Shown: piece after piece, positions 25,304 through 36,031 of the stretch
How the letters are laid out: every line of letters starts with the position of its first letter
Numbering within the stretch: the stretch's first letter is position 1
DNA from: Blastocystis sp. Blastoise
Lineage: Eukaryota; Protista; Bigyra: Opalinata
Assembly: GCA_039096225.1 (NCBI GenBank)
Contig: JBBPEB010000007.1
Span: 1,240,001-1,304,000, forward strand
Direction: 5' to 3'
Length of the DNA stretch: 64,000 nt
Translations under genes and position numbers: made by a program
Notes under the pieces: generated by a model
The model's input: only the letters and a program-made list of their open reading frames with translations
The model's database searches: none
What the model was told of the DNA's origin: nothing

Positions 25304-26776
25304 TTAAATATCACGTACACTACGTACAGCAATCATATGTAATGTATAAGGATGCTTCTCATTTAGTTCAGTATTAATATGTTTATAAATACCAGCATGA
25401 GAAGCAACGGCATAAGAAGCACCAGTGTCAGGTGTCCATATTTTAGTAGTTTCATTATATGTACATGTATATCCATCAGGAACAGTAGATGAATCAGCAT
25501 GACCATATTCAATATCATGGACATCTAGATTACAATCAAAATTCATTTCTATACCACTATCTGATTGGATATTCATTAATGCTTTAGTTGGAATAATATA
25601 AATAGGATGTTTAATCCATTCATCATATTTAAGAATAGTTTCAGGATTTGAATTATCAGCCCATAAACAATATAGATTTTTATTAGGACAAGATAAACTA
25701 GCAGTTTCTTCATTATTGAAGACATGACCTTTAGTAGTAAGATTATGATAATACATTTGAGTAGGGAATTCAGTTTGAGGGAACATTTGAACATCACCAA
25801 TCAAACAACTTTGATATTTAGGCCATACAGATGGACTAGCTACATTACTAATAGTTGTTGAACTATAACCATTTGTAAACCAGTATAATATATATTCAGG
25901 TATAAATGGTAAAGCTCTATTGATATTGAAATGATCACTAGTTATTCTTGTATTTTGATAATCGACTTGAATACATGTAGGTATAGTTTTATATAATTCA
26001 TTCGTTTGGAATTGAATATCTTTATAAGTCATTAAATTCATAGTAGCTGATTCCAATTCAAATGTCTTAAACCATTTTTCATCAGTTAGATGTAACCATT
26101 GTGTTGATAATTTAGCACCACCATTCTTGAAATAAATACTCATATTATTATCAATTAAGGATTCAATTGTACTCGTTCTAAATAGCATATTGAAATGTTT
26201 AGTTAATATTAAAGAATCTCCATCAACACCTAAACCACTAATGAGATATAAAGGAATAGCAATATGAATAGATTGTTTTGGATGTGCACGTATATAACGA
26301 ATAGAATTCAATTCATAAGTATCTGCAGATAAATCTTCACCATACATAGATTTTTCTAAATCATTCTTACTGATATCTTTTAATAAAATCATCTTACGAC
26401 CACGTGAAGCATGTGTACAGTTTTCTTCATATTTCAAAGCACGATCAGATCCATCAGGTAAAGTATAAACCATTTCAACATCAGTGGAATCAATAATAGA
26501 ATAAATATTAGCTTTCTGAACTAATTGATCCAAGAAATATTGACATAATTGATCATAGGTGAAACTAACAGAAGTACCTGTTTCATCTAAATAAACAGAA
26601 ACTGGTCCAGCTTTATCTGTTACAGTTGCCTTGACAGTAAGATCCAAATATGATTGATTGAAATTGATATAAGTATTATCCACATTAGTCCAATGATATT
26701 GAAAGATATAAGGACTTGATAGAATATCAGTATCACTTTGAATAGGAATATTATCTTTAATTCTTAAGATTCTCAT
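25304..26776 (-). CDS. Major capsid protein-like, paralog 2
   Basis: Collinear similarity to 23904-25127: YINFNQSYLDL, NIYSIID, DLEKSMY, IPLYLISGLG, FIPEY, FPQTEFPT, PIYIIP, YTLH. Confidence 0.7.
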   Translation of the reverse strand: MRILRIKDNIPIQSDTDILSSPYIFQYHWTNVDNTYINFNQSYLDLTVKATVTDKAGPVSVYLDETGTSVSFTYDQLCQYFLDQLVQKANIYSIIDSTDVEMVYTLPDGSDRALKYEENCTHASRGRKMILLKDISKNDLEKSMYGEDLSADTYELNSIRYIRAHPKQSIHIAIPLYLISGLGVDGDSLILTKHFNMLFRTSTIESLIDNNMSIYFKNGGAKLSTQWLHLTDEKWFKTFELESATMNLMTYKDIQFQTNELYKTIPTCIQVDYQNTRITSDHFNINRALPFIPEYILYWFTNGYSSTTISNVASPSVWPKYQSCLIGDVQMFPQTEFPTQMYYHNLTTKGHVFNNEETASLSCPNKNLYCLWADNSNPETILKYDEWIKHPIYIIPTKALMNIQSDSGIEMNFDCNLDVHDIEYGHADSSTVPDGYTCTYNETTKIWTPDTGASYAVASHAGIYKHINTELNEKHPYTLHMIAVRSVRDI

Positions 26777-26851
26777 TTTTTTTTTAAATAAAAAAATATT
26801 AATAAATAAAATAAAATTAATATAAATTATTATTTAATAAATTAGAAAAAT

Positions 26852-29290
26852 ATGGAACTTGATGATGATAATTATGAAGAACAGACTTCATTAGAAGAGA
26901 AGGATACTCGTATTAAAACACATGTAGTCCCTATTGATGTTCGTTGTATTGATAATCAATTCAATATACATTTATCGAATTCTATTGATATCACTAAAAA
27001 TATCATTTCTTATATTGATCTTAATTTAATTGGTAGTGAAAGTGTGCCTCTATTTGATACATTCACAAAAACACAAATATTCAAATATATAAATACTCGT
27101 GTCAATGGTAATAGTTCCGTATATACAATCACTTTAGATCAGAAAAATTATTCCATTCCACAATTATTAGAACTATGTCATTTTGATGTATGTGATAGAC
27201 CAGTAATAAAAGATTCTCCTGATATTGATCCTACTGTCAAAATTAATGAATCCCCTACAATAACCATTGATAGAGATGATTGGTATTGTGAATTCACAAT
27301 TGCTAATACTAGACGTGGCTTTTATTTCCCAAGAGGAACCTATACAGATATAGAATTTTGGTGGGTTGCTGTATGTTGTGTATCAGCTGTATGGAAAAAA
27401 CCGGTAGGTAATCGAGTAATGATGAAATATGATGATGATACTATAACAATATATAGACCTGAAGTCCCCACTTATAAAATTCCTGTTACAACAACAGGAA
27501 CTTATACATTAAATGGATTCTTAACTAATGGAAGTAATGATTATAAAACATATACTGTTTCAACACAAGATAGTGAAAATAAAATAACTTGTGAAGTAAA
27601 TGGTGCTCATACATTTTATTTTAATTGGTCAAGTAGTAATATACTCAGTTTAGAAAGGCAATTATTCACTGGTTTGAAAATAAATAGCAATACATTGGTG
27701 TATACTACACCTCAAAAAGAAATTACATTAAATAGAATGAAAAGAACAGTTACAGTTGAAGATAAATATAATACTATGATTATTAGACATATAAATAAAT
27801 ATGATGGTAATTATGACACTACATTCACTGTTCCTCCTGGTGACTATACTGAAGATGAATTCTATGATTTATTAGAAAGTTCAATTAATAATACTATTAA
27901 AACAAATTATTTAAGTATATCAAAAGATGCTCAAACTATGGACGATAAGGATGGATATATTTTATATTTATCATTTCAAGATATTGATTCAACATCATGG
28001 ACACTTACAGCTATAGATATAGAACATTCATTATTTAAGTATCGTGGTGCTCTACATAATATACGACCTGATCTGGTTTATGATGAACAAGGATGTTTTG
28101 CTTGGCATGTATCTTATGGTAAACAATTATTACCAGATACACCTGTTGATTTGAATACATTAGATTTAGATGGTAATTATAAGTGTTATACTGATAGTTA
28201 TCATATAGATTTTTCTCAAGCTCAAGAATTAGGTGAAATCTTAGGTTATAATAAATTAGGTCATGATGAAATTATTAATTATGGTGTTCATAATATTGAT
28301 AGTAGTCGTCCAAAAGGAATGTTAATAGCTCAATCGAATATAGTAGATAATAGTCAGAATTCTTTATATTCATTCAATGTGAATAATTATAAAGGAAATA
28401 ATGAATTTCATGATATTATGAATATTAATGTGTCTCCTTATTTGAATACAATACAAGATATTATTATACGATATACTGATAAGAATAAACAATATGTGAA
28501 TTTCAATGATAATTGTATTTTAAGAGGATTCTTAGAATTCTCAGATACAGTAGATACGATTCAACCAAGTGAAACTATTAAGAAATTATGTTTGAATTGT
28601 CAAACAGCAGACACACAATTCTATGCTGAATATCCTACATTGAATATCCAAAATAAGATCTTAAAAGATATTATTATTCAGAATGATACTGATACGATCC
28701 AAACAAATGCATCTAAATTATGTACTGGATATATAAATGGATCTTATTATCCTACATTTAGTTTTCCTTTATCGGATAAATATGTTACATATAGTAATAT
28801 AAATTCTCCAATTACAATTGATCATCATATAGATTTAAGATTTGATGAATTATTCAAAGGAAATATCATTTGTAATATATGTGAACCGAATGGTAGTGAT
28901 ATACGTTTCAAAGCTTATGATGAAGTATATTGTGATTTTAGTACGAGTAAGAATTTAATTTATGAATTGAAGAAAACCAATGTCTATGGATATCAATACT
29001 TAACGAATATACAAATTATATCAGTGTATGGTCAATCCACTGATTACTTATATCCTATTTCATTAAGATGCTTTACTAATGAATATGAGAATAATATTCA
29101 TGTTATTGATACTACAAATCTACCTTATTACTATTCGAATGGTATTAAATATGAAGGTATATCAAATAAGATCAATAAGAATGTTTATTATTGTAATCGT
29201 AAATTATTAAAGTTATTACCTCATGATAATATGTTCTTTATAACATGTGATTATCCTTGTGTTGTTTTATTAACTATCTCTTATATATAA
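26852..29290 (+). CDS. Large penton/fiber-like structural protein (812 aa)
   Basis: Three penton-like motifs (ITLDQKNYSIPQL, FYFPRGTYTDIEF, FTVPPGDYTEDEF) plus LGEILGY, AQSNIV and IIIRYTDKNKQYVNF. Confidence 0.55.
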   Translation: MELDDDNYEEQTSLEEKDTRIKTHVVPIDVRCIDNQFNIHLSNSIDITKNIISYIDLNLIGSESVPLFDTFTKTQIFKYINTRVNGNSSVYTITLDQKNYSIPQLLELCHFDVCDRPVIKDSPDIDPTVKINESPTITIDRDDWYCEFTIANTRRGFYFPRGTYTDIEFWWVAVCCVSAVWKKPVGNRVMMKYDDDTITIYRPEVPTYKIPVTTTGTYTLNGFLTNGSNDYKTYTVSTQDSENKITCEVNGAHTFYFNWSSSNILSLERQLFTGLKINSNTLVYTTPQKEITLNRMKRTVTVEDKYNTMIIRHINKYDGNYDTTFTVPPGDYTEDEFYDLLESSINNTIKTNYLSISKDAQTMDDKDGYILYLSFQDIDSTSWTLTAIDIEHSLFKYRGALHNIRPDLVYDEQGCFAWHVSYGKQLLPDTPVDLNTLDLDGNYKCYTDSYHIDFSQAQELGEILGYNKLGHDEIINYGVHNIDSSRPKGMLIAQSNIVDNSQNSLYSFNVNNYKGNNEFHDIMNINVSPYLNTIQDIIIRYTDKNKQYVNFNDNCILRGFLEFSDTVDTIQPSETIKKLCLNCQTADTQFYAEYPTLNIQNKILKDIIIQNDTDTIQTNASKLCTGYINGSYYPTFSFPLSDKYVTYSNINSPITIDHHIDLRFDELFKGNIICNICEPNGSDIRFKAYDEVYCDFSTSKNLIYELKKTNVYGYQYLTNIQIISVYGQSTDYLYPISLRCFTNEYENNIHVIDTTNLPYYYSNGIKYEGISNKINKNVYYCNRKLLKLLPHDNMFFITCDYPCVVLLTISYI

Positions 29291-29358
29291 ATATTTTAAT
29301 TCATTTCATTTAAATTAAAAATGTTTTGTTATATTATTCATTTAAAAATTATTAAAAA

Positions 29359-29781
29359 ATGGAGCCTAAATCTGTATCTGAATCCTTACATTCTTTATCA
29401 AGTACAAGTTCAACAAGTTCAGATAGTTCAACAACAACCACATTATCCGAAGAAGAAATAGAAAAGAAAAATACTTTATTAGAATTTATTATAAAAGCTA
29501 TAAAATGTTTATTTGAGAAATCAACTGAATTCTTTCAATTAATTGTTAAAAATATAGATATTCATTGTAATTGTTGTAATCCACAAACAAAGAAAGTCTA
29601 TTATAAGACAATGAAAATACAACAAACTATTATAGAAGAAGAAGTCAAACATATATCAGAAGTCTTGAATGAATTAGAAGAAATTGATTCTAATCAAAAT
29701 GAATCAATACAAGAATTAGCTGTTCAATTAATGAAATTAAATATAAGTGTTGATTCTATTGTTCAATCTCTTCATTTATAA
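29359..29781 (+). CDS. Viral hypothetical protein (140 aa)
   Basis: ATG-initiated ORF; S/T-rich N-terminus, HCNCC motif, coiled-coil C-terminus; followed by the TTGTTTTGTT motif. Confidence 0.7.
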   Translation: MEPKSVSESLHSLSSTSSTSSDSSTTTTLSEEEIEKKNTLLEFIIKAIKCLFEKSTEFFQLIVKNIDIHCNCCNPQTKKVYYKTMKIQQTIIEEEVKHISEVLNELEEIDSNQNESIQELAVQLMKLNISVDSIVQSLHL

Positions 29782-29848
29782 TTCTATGAAATGTTATAAA
29801 ATATTAATAATAAATTTGTTTTGTTTATAAATAATTTAATTTTTAATA

Positions 29849-31645
29849 ATGCAATCAACAGGTTATTCAGATAAAGATTGTGAAGAATTCTTTACAAATT
29901 GTATAGATCAATTATTACATTGGAAGAAAATACAATTATCAACAAGTATAAATTGGAAGAAATGGATCAAGACAATATGTAAGAAATTTCGTAATGAAGA
30001 ACGAATTCAAATAGATGATATGGAAGAACCATTCTTTTGTGTAGAAGTCTTAACAGATCCATTTCAATTTCAAAATGTTATGCAACATACACAAACAGAA
30101 GCTCCTGGACAACAAGGTGGATTATCCAATACTACAGTAGCTAATTATATGCAAATGATTACTTATATAATGAAGAATATATCTATTTGTACAGATGATG
30201 AAGATATCATTAATTATAAAGCATTTACTCCACAAAATATAAAGAAATGGGAACATTTATGGGGTTCTTTACAAATTGATGCTACTTATTCAAGACATTA
30301 TGAAATCACTCAGAAAATTATTAATTGTGAAGCTGATTGGGGAGAAATCATTAATATCACCAAAAAGAATTATTTAGAGAATCCTAATGATTTATATTAT
30401 GTGAATAGTTATTTATTAGTTTTAACTTATGATACACTCTGTGCTCGTAATGATTATAATGATTGTGTAATCTATACTCGTGGCCAACAAATTCCTTTAT
30501 CCTTAAGAAGAACAACCAATTATATTGATTTAAATACTTTGACTATTCATGTGAATGATACAAAGAATCGATTTGAAATCGGTAAGAATGAATATCCTAC
30601 TTATCAATATTTATCAGAAGAATATTTGAATGTCTTAGCTAGATCCTTACGTTTATTTCCAAGACATTATTTATTTGTTACTGAGAATGGTGGTAAAGTA
30701 CGTGATTTGAAATTTGGTGATGAATATATAAAACCCCATTTAGGCTGGATTTATAAAACACAACAGAATAATTCTTTAATTAATGGTTGTGATATTATAA
30801 GACATTTATTTGCTCAATATTATTATAGATTATCAAGAGAAGCACAATTCCAACATAATGATTCAGAACACGAATCTAAAGGTGTAGAACTCTTTGAAAA
30901 TTCGATTATGAAGATGTTACATAGTCAATCAACACATATGGAAAATTATATATCTCCTTATTTATCTTCTCATTCAACTAAATTACAAGATTTAGATAAT
31001 AAAACAAGAACATTTCATATTGATATGAATAATATTACTTATACAAGAGAAATTAATCAATTAAATAAATTATTATTTTTATGTAAACGATTTAATGATC
31101 GTATAGAACAATATGAAGAAGACTATGAAGATGTATTTGGTAAAGAGAATTTCAATATGAAATCAGAATCGATATTAAGTAGTCTAGAACAATATTCATC
31201 AGATAATGATACTATAATGATTACATTAAGATATTATAAAGATCTATTAAAGCATAAGTATCCAGATAAAAACGATTTAGAAAATGAATTACCTGTAGGA
31301 TGTTCGTTAGAATCTGAAGAAGTTCCAGAGAATTCTAGAGATCGTTATAATCGTTTTATACGTAATAAACAATTATTACCTGATCATTTACATAATAATA
31401 CAACAGATTCAGAATTAACGAATACTCAAGCATCTCTTATGCAACAGAATACTCAAGATGAAAACTCTACACCTATAGTTATGAATAATTCAGATACTTA
31501 TGCATTACGTAGTCTTTCTACTATGCCTCCTTTAGAACCTATTCATCGGGGTCATGGTTTATGTAAAAAACATAAAGGTAATGCATTCTTTAAAGTCAAA
31601 GTCCCTAAAAAACATTTTCATGGAATTCAATTTAAATTTTATTAA
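29849..31645 (+). CDS. Tyrosine recombinase-like protein 1 (598 aa)
   Basis: Catalytic order R (LCARNDY), K (VNDTKN), xxRH (DIIRHLFA), H..Y (MLHSQSTHMENY); parallels the 315-aa recombinase at 51735. Confidence 0.7.
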   Translation: MQSTGYSDKDCEEFFTNCIDQLLHWKKIQLSTSINWKKWIKTICKKFRNEERIQIDDMEEPFFCVEVLTDPFQFQNVMQHTQTEAPGQQGGLSNTTVANYMQMITYIMKNISICTDDEDIINYKAFTPQNIKKWEHLWGSLQIDATYSRHYEITQKIINCEADWGEIINITKKNYLENPNDLYYVNSYLLVLTYDTLCARNDYNDCVIYTRGQQIPLSLRRTTNYIDLNTLTIHVNDTKNRFEIGKNEYPTYQYLSEEYLNVLARSLRLFPRHYLFVTENGGKVRDLKFGDEYIKPHLGWIYKTQQNNSLINGCDIIRHLFAQYYYRLSREAQFQHNDSEHESKGVELFENSIMKMLHSQSTHMENYISPYLSSHSTKLQDLDNKTRTFHIDMNNITYTREINQLNKLLFLCKRFNDRIEQYEEDYEDVFGKENFNMKSESILSSLEQYSSDNDTIMITLRYYKDLLKHKYPDKNDLENELPVGCSLESEEVPENSRDRYNRFIRNKQLLPDHLHNNTTDSELTNTQASLMQQNTQDENSTPIVMNNSDTYALRSLSTMPPLEPIHRGHGLCKKHKGNAFFKVKVPKKHFHGIQFKFY

Positions 31646-31690
31646 TTTTAAAACAAAACAACTTTTTATAATAAAAAAATAAATATATAT

Positions 31691-34600
31691 TTAATTTGGT
31701 ATAGCATATAAAGTATTATCTATTAAAATTCGTTTTGTTGATGACGTATTATGATATTGATCTTCACTATAAACAATTTCTTCTTTCTTAGATAAACAAT
31801 TGGATAAACAGAATAAATCTGTATCTACACATTCATTATAAGTATTATCAATCATTAAACCACAAATACCAATAGCATTCCCTCCCTTATAGAAATTTGA
31901 AGTATGTTTTCTATGAATATTCACAATATCTATAGAATTAAATGTATCTTTACTACTTAAACAACCAAATAAAGCATTTGTAAATTTATCTAAATCCTTC
32001 TTAATCGTAAATTGATTATTATTATTCACTTTCTTATAACTATTAAAAATATCTTCAATAGTAACTACATTCAAATAATAAGGATCTATAGTAATATGGT
32101 TATCAACAAAAGATTTCAAATCATATCCTTCTGTACTACGATCAAAGAATCGTTTCTTACATTCACTTATATGATATTCATTATCTAATTCATGCATATC
32201 TAATTGCATACTAGAATAGAAATAATTACTTACTAGATAACTAAAGATAATAGAACGATTCTGATAGAATTTATCGGATAGAGTATAATCCATTTCATAA
32301 TGATTTGGTTTCAATCTCTTTTCTACTGTCTGTTTACGTTTCGGTAAATTATGATCTACATAATCTTCATATAAATTAGCATTACCAGGAGGGAAATAAC
32401 GACAACATGAAGGTAAGAAACAGACTCTTCTTTCAATAGGACCAGCATTCACAGCAGTAGGTTGGATATTACTTGTCATAAATAAAGTACCCGTGAAATG
32501 AACTTTTGTAAATATATTACTGAATAATTTACGAGCACTAGCACCTTCTTTCTTTTCTGCTATTTCTTTAAATACTTTAGAAGAGAATGGATTAAATGTT
32601 TTCTTTCTACCAGTAACATCTTCTTCTATTAATTCATTCATATAATACATTGTTTTATTAGACATATCTACAATCTTAGGAGCTATAGATGTTTCTTCTA
32701 AATTATCTGGATTTACTATAATACATTGATTACTACCTACAATACGAGATATTAAATCAGTTGTTATTGTTTTACCATTACTACCTGTACTACCATATAA
32801 TATATAAGAAACTGTTTTCTGAGTATTGACATAGAAAGCAGTGGTTAGAATACGTAACATAATACTTTCATATTTCTTATCGAATTCACAATATCTTGCA
32901 ATATGTTGTTCAAATAATTGGATAATATCTTTCTGTTCATTATTAATATTCCAACTTACATTAAATTCAGTATCAATTAATAAATCTTCAAATACCATAT
33001 CTTCTTTATGATATGGTTGGATATAATATTGTCTAGGATCTTCTTCTGTAGATTCTTTTGGATATAAATAACCAAGTTGTGTATAGATAACACGTTCTTT
33101 ATGAACCATATAAGTATCTAAATATTCTTTATAAGATTTACCATAAGTCTTCAAATAACGATTCAACCATTCTTTATAATGATATTCATTAGTAACAGAA
33201 GCAGACATTATTTTATCAACTATTTTTTGATGTTGTTCATTCTCTTTGGAATATAATCTTGATAATTTGAATTTCTCGACAATCGATTTCATAAATGTAG
33301 TTATTTTGGTTTCAAAGAAATTAATATCATAATTATTCTTACAACGTCTTAAGATATTATATTCATCAAATGTATATAAGATAAAATTATCTTTATCTAA
33401 TATAATAGAAACAATTTCATTAAATTCTAATAATTGAAATAACATAACTAATGTTTGTGAATCTACAAGATTAAAGGATTGAATACATTCTAAAATAGAC
33501 ATAAATATGAAATCATTATCATCATCTTTATTAAATAATTTATTATCCATTAATATCTTCAAAATATAATTATTCGATAAATGAGTAGGATCAACTTGTA
33601 TATGATTCCATGTAGATTCAATTACATCATCACTTCGATCATGACCATAACGTAATGAATAATTTTTAAATAATTCTAATCCTCTTGTTGTATTACAAAT
33701 CTGTTTTGCTGCACAACATAATTTATACCAAGTATTATGGGATTCAAAATAATTCATATCTTCAATAGAACCAATCAATAATAAATATCGTTCTAATAAA
33801 GCTTCTTTAGATGCTGTAGTATCCAATATAGTATCTGTAGAAATCAACATAGGAATATCTTTAATATCTTGTATAGAACATAATATAGTACGTGAACAAT
33901 TATTTAATCTTGCATAATAACGTTTATAACGTGAATATTGTTTTAATTTATAAAAAATAATAGGATTAATAATATCACTTATAAGATCATCTTCATTCTT
34001 ATAATTCAATAATGTTTTGAAATAATAATGTTCATCGATTTCATCATCTATTTTCTTCCATGTTTTATTGGTATATTCTTCATATAATTTATAAGTAGAT
34101 GGAGAATTATCTTTACTACAACCAAGAAACATACAACCATTATTCTTTCTGGGTTTACCAATAACATTATAATCAATGAATTCTTTTATATCTAAATTAT
34201 ATGTTTTACATAAATCAACCAATTTGGTATTCAGAATCATACTATTATATAAGAAAAATAAATAATCACCATTTACAAACCAATTTGTATATATATGAAT
34301 TCCCCATGAATAATGTATTTCATTATGAACTGTCTTCTTATTCACTTCTTTCTTTGTATACAGAAGCGAAATAAATTCTTGATTATAATAATGAATACAA
34401 TGATTACATATTTCTTCAATAAATTCATGAATAAATGAATCTGTTAGAAAAGAAAAATCATTTGATATTTGGTGATAATCTAAATCAAACCATAATCTTC
34501 TATAATTAGTTGATGTATTACAAGGAGTACAATCAATATAATGTAGTAATTCTTTTGGATTTTGATAATTAGTAAATAGACTTTTATAAAATGGTAATGG

Positions 34601-34693
34601 ATTTGGTATAATAATTTCACTATGATTATCTTTTGAATTATCATGATTAAAGGAACCAAAAGTATAAACAAAATGAATTTGTGAATTTTCCAT
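31691..34693 (-). CDS. D5-like primase-helicase (AEP primase + PriCT-2 + SF3 helicase)
   Basis: AEP motifs LWFDLD and WGIHIY; PriCT-2-like HNTWYKL..FKNYS..TWNHI; SF3 Walker A YGSTGSNGKT, Walker B YMNE, motif C MTSN and IERRV. First ATG is at 34693 (1000 aa). Confidence 0.9.
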   Translation of the reverse strand: MENSQIHFVYTFGSFNHDNSKDNHSEIIIPNPLPFYKSLFTNYQNPKELLHYIDCTPCNTSTNYRRLWFDLDYHQISNDFSFLTDSFIHEFIEEICNHCIHYYNQEFISLLYTKKEVNKKTVHNEIHYSWGIHIYTNWFVNGDYLFFLYNSMILNTKLVDLCKTYNLDIKEFIDYNVIGKPRKNNGCMFLGCSKDNSPSTYKLYEEYTNKTWKKIDDEIDEHYYFKTLLNYKNEDDLISDIINPIIFYKLKQYSRYKRYYARLNNCSRTILCSIQDIKDIPMLISTDTILDTTASKEALLERYLLLIGSIEDMNYFESHNTWYKLCCAAKQICNTTRGLELFKNYSLRYGHDRSDDVIESTWNHIQVDPTHLSNNYILKILMDNKLFNKDDDNDFIFMSILECIQSFNLVDSQTLVMLFQLLEFNEIVSIILDKDNFILYTFDEYNILRRCKNNYDINFFETKITTFMKSIVEKFKLSRLYSKENEQHQKIVDKIMSASVTNEYHYKEWLNRYLKTYGKSYKEYLDTYMVHKERVIYTQLGYLYPKESTEEDPRQYYIQPYHKEDMVFEDLLIDTEFNVSWNINNEQKDIIQLFEQHIARYCEFDKKYESIMLRILTTAFYVNTQKTVSYILYGSTGSNGKTITTDLISRIVGSNQCIIVNPDNLEETSIAPKIVDMSNKTMYYMNELIEEDVTGRKKTFNPFSSKVFKEIAEKKEGASARKLFSNIFTKVHFTGTLFMTSNIQPTAVNAGPIERRVCFLPSCCRYFPPGNANLYEDYVDHNLPKRKQTVEKRLKPNHYEMDYTLSDKFYQNRSIIFSYLVSNYFYSSMQLDMHELDNEYHISECKKRFFDRSTEGYDLKSFVDNHITIDPYYLNVVTIEDIFNSYKKVNNNNQFTIKKDLDKFTNALFGCLSSKDTFNSIDIVNIHRKHTSNFYKGGNAIGICGLMIDNTYNECVDTDLFCLSNCLSKKEEIVYSEDQYHNTSSTKRILIDNTLYAIPN

Positions 34694-34778
34694 GATTATT
34701 TGACTTATAAATAATGAAAATAAATATGGTATAAAATTCAAAACAAATAATATATTAAAGATTCTAGAAGTCAGTTTT

Positions 34779-34900
34779 GGAAGCTTCTAGAACATTCTAG
34801 AACATTCTAGAACATTCTATAATAGTAAATATTACTTTATATTTTTAAATGTTCTAGAACCTTCTAGAACCTTCTAGAACCTTCTAGAACCTTCTAGAAC
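34779..34900. promoter_or_regulatory. Two HSE arrays (8 and 10 pentamers) upstream of the primase-helicase
   Basis: 34779-34818 GAAgcTTCtaGAAcaTTC.. and 34851-34900 (nTTCTAGAAC)x5. Confidence 0.8.
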
Positions 34901-35009
34901 ATCATTTTTATACTTTAGTGTTTTAAATGTATATACAATAAACAAAACAATTTTCAATGATTTTTTACAAGTTTATAAGTAAAAATAGAAAAATAAACAA
35001 GAAAAATAA

Positions 35010-35633
35010 TTAAATTTCAATTGGTTCTTGACTATTAATATATGTACATGAATGAGGCCATCCATTCTTATCATATAAAATACCATCCCAGAAATACATT
35101 TGTTTTGAAGGATCTCTTTTAATCTTGTTAATACTCTTAGCATGAACAACTTCATAAGAATAAACTTTACCTTTTTCATCATAGAGAAATCCATCTTCCA
35201 TATGGAATTTCATAATATCAAAATCATCATCTTGAGAATTCGAATGTTCTTTAGAATCTTCAGAACATAAAATAGTAGTTCTATCACTTTCTAAAAGATC
35301 TTCAGTATTGATAATATCTTGAATATCTTGTTCTTCATTAAGTTGTTGAGTATAAATATCAGCAGCGAATTCTTCATAATCTTCAAGACCTTTAATAACC
35401 GCGTTTATACGTTTTAAAGCTGATCTATAGTTTTCGACTTCGAAAGAAGCAAGACGTTCTTTAGATTTTGCAATACCCAATAGATTCTTTTCTCTATTCA
35501 ATTGAGACTGATGTAAATCAATATCACGAAGAACATTCTTATGAACTTCAACAGCCTTCTTAGAATTCTTTAGAAGTTCCATACGAACAGTTTGAAGACA
35601 TTTACGGGAATCAGCAGAAAGATTAAATTGCAT
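35010..35633 (-). CDS. Viral hypothetical coiled-coil protein (~207 aa)
   Basis: First ATG at 35633 (MQFNLSAD..); C-terminal duplicated DG(F/I)LYD(E/K)xG motif; 4-unit HSE at 35744-35763 upstream. Confidence 0.7.
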   Translation of the reverse strand: MQFNLSADSRKCLQTVRMELLKNSKKAVEVHKNVLRDIDLHQSQLNREKNLLGIAKSKERLASFEVENYRSALKRINAVIKGLEDYEEFAADIYTQQLNEEQDIQDIINTEDLLESDRTTILCSEDSKEHSNSQDDDFDIMKFHMEDGFLYDEKGKVYSYEVVHAKSINKIKRDPSKQMYFWDGILYDKNGWPHSCTYINSQEPIEI

Positions 35634-36031
35634 TATAATCGCGAATATCGTTACAGAGAGAAAATTTGTATTTATCAAAATGAAATAAATAATACATTTA
35701 AATGGAATATTAAATATTCTAGGAGACAGTGTAGAATCTCTATGGAATGTTCTAGAAGGTTCATTTGATTGGCTAATTTTGTCTACTTAGCATTTTTTAT
35801 TTGTGTTTCGATGACGAGTATAGTCGGCATCTGTAATCTGATTGGATAAAAAAATTAGTAAAACACAATTAGACGATGACGACGATGTGTCATACGAAAT
35901 AAGTTATTTTATTGGCTTATTTTCCAGCTGGAAGCAATAGGCTTTTGTTAGCAACTGAAATGAAGAACTGTACACTAAAAATAGTATATTTAATATATTG
36001 TATAAAAATACTTTTGAAGGTTTAAATAATC

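Noticed and set aside
34779-34900. CRISPR-like array or simple satellite
   Set aside because: 10-bp periodic units with no unique spacers; they match the HSE consensus and recur only at promoter positions.
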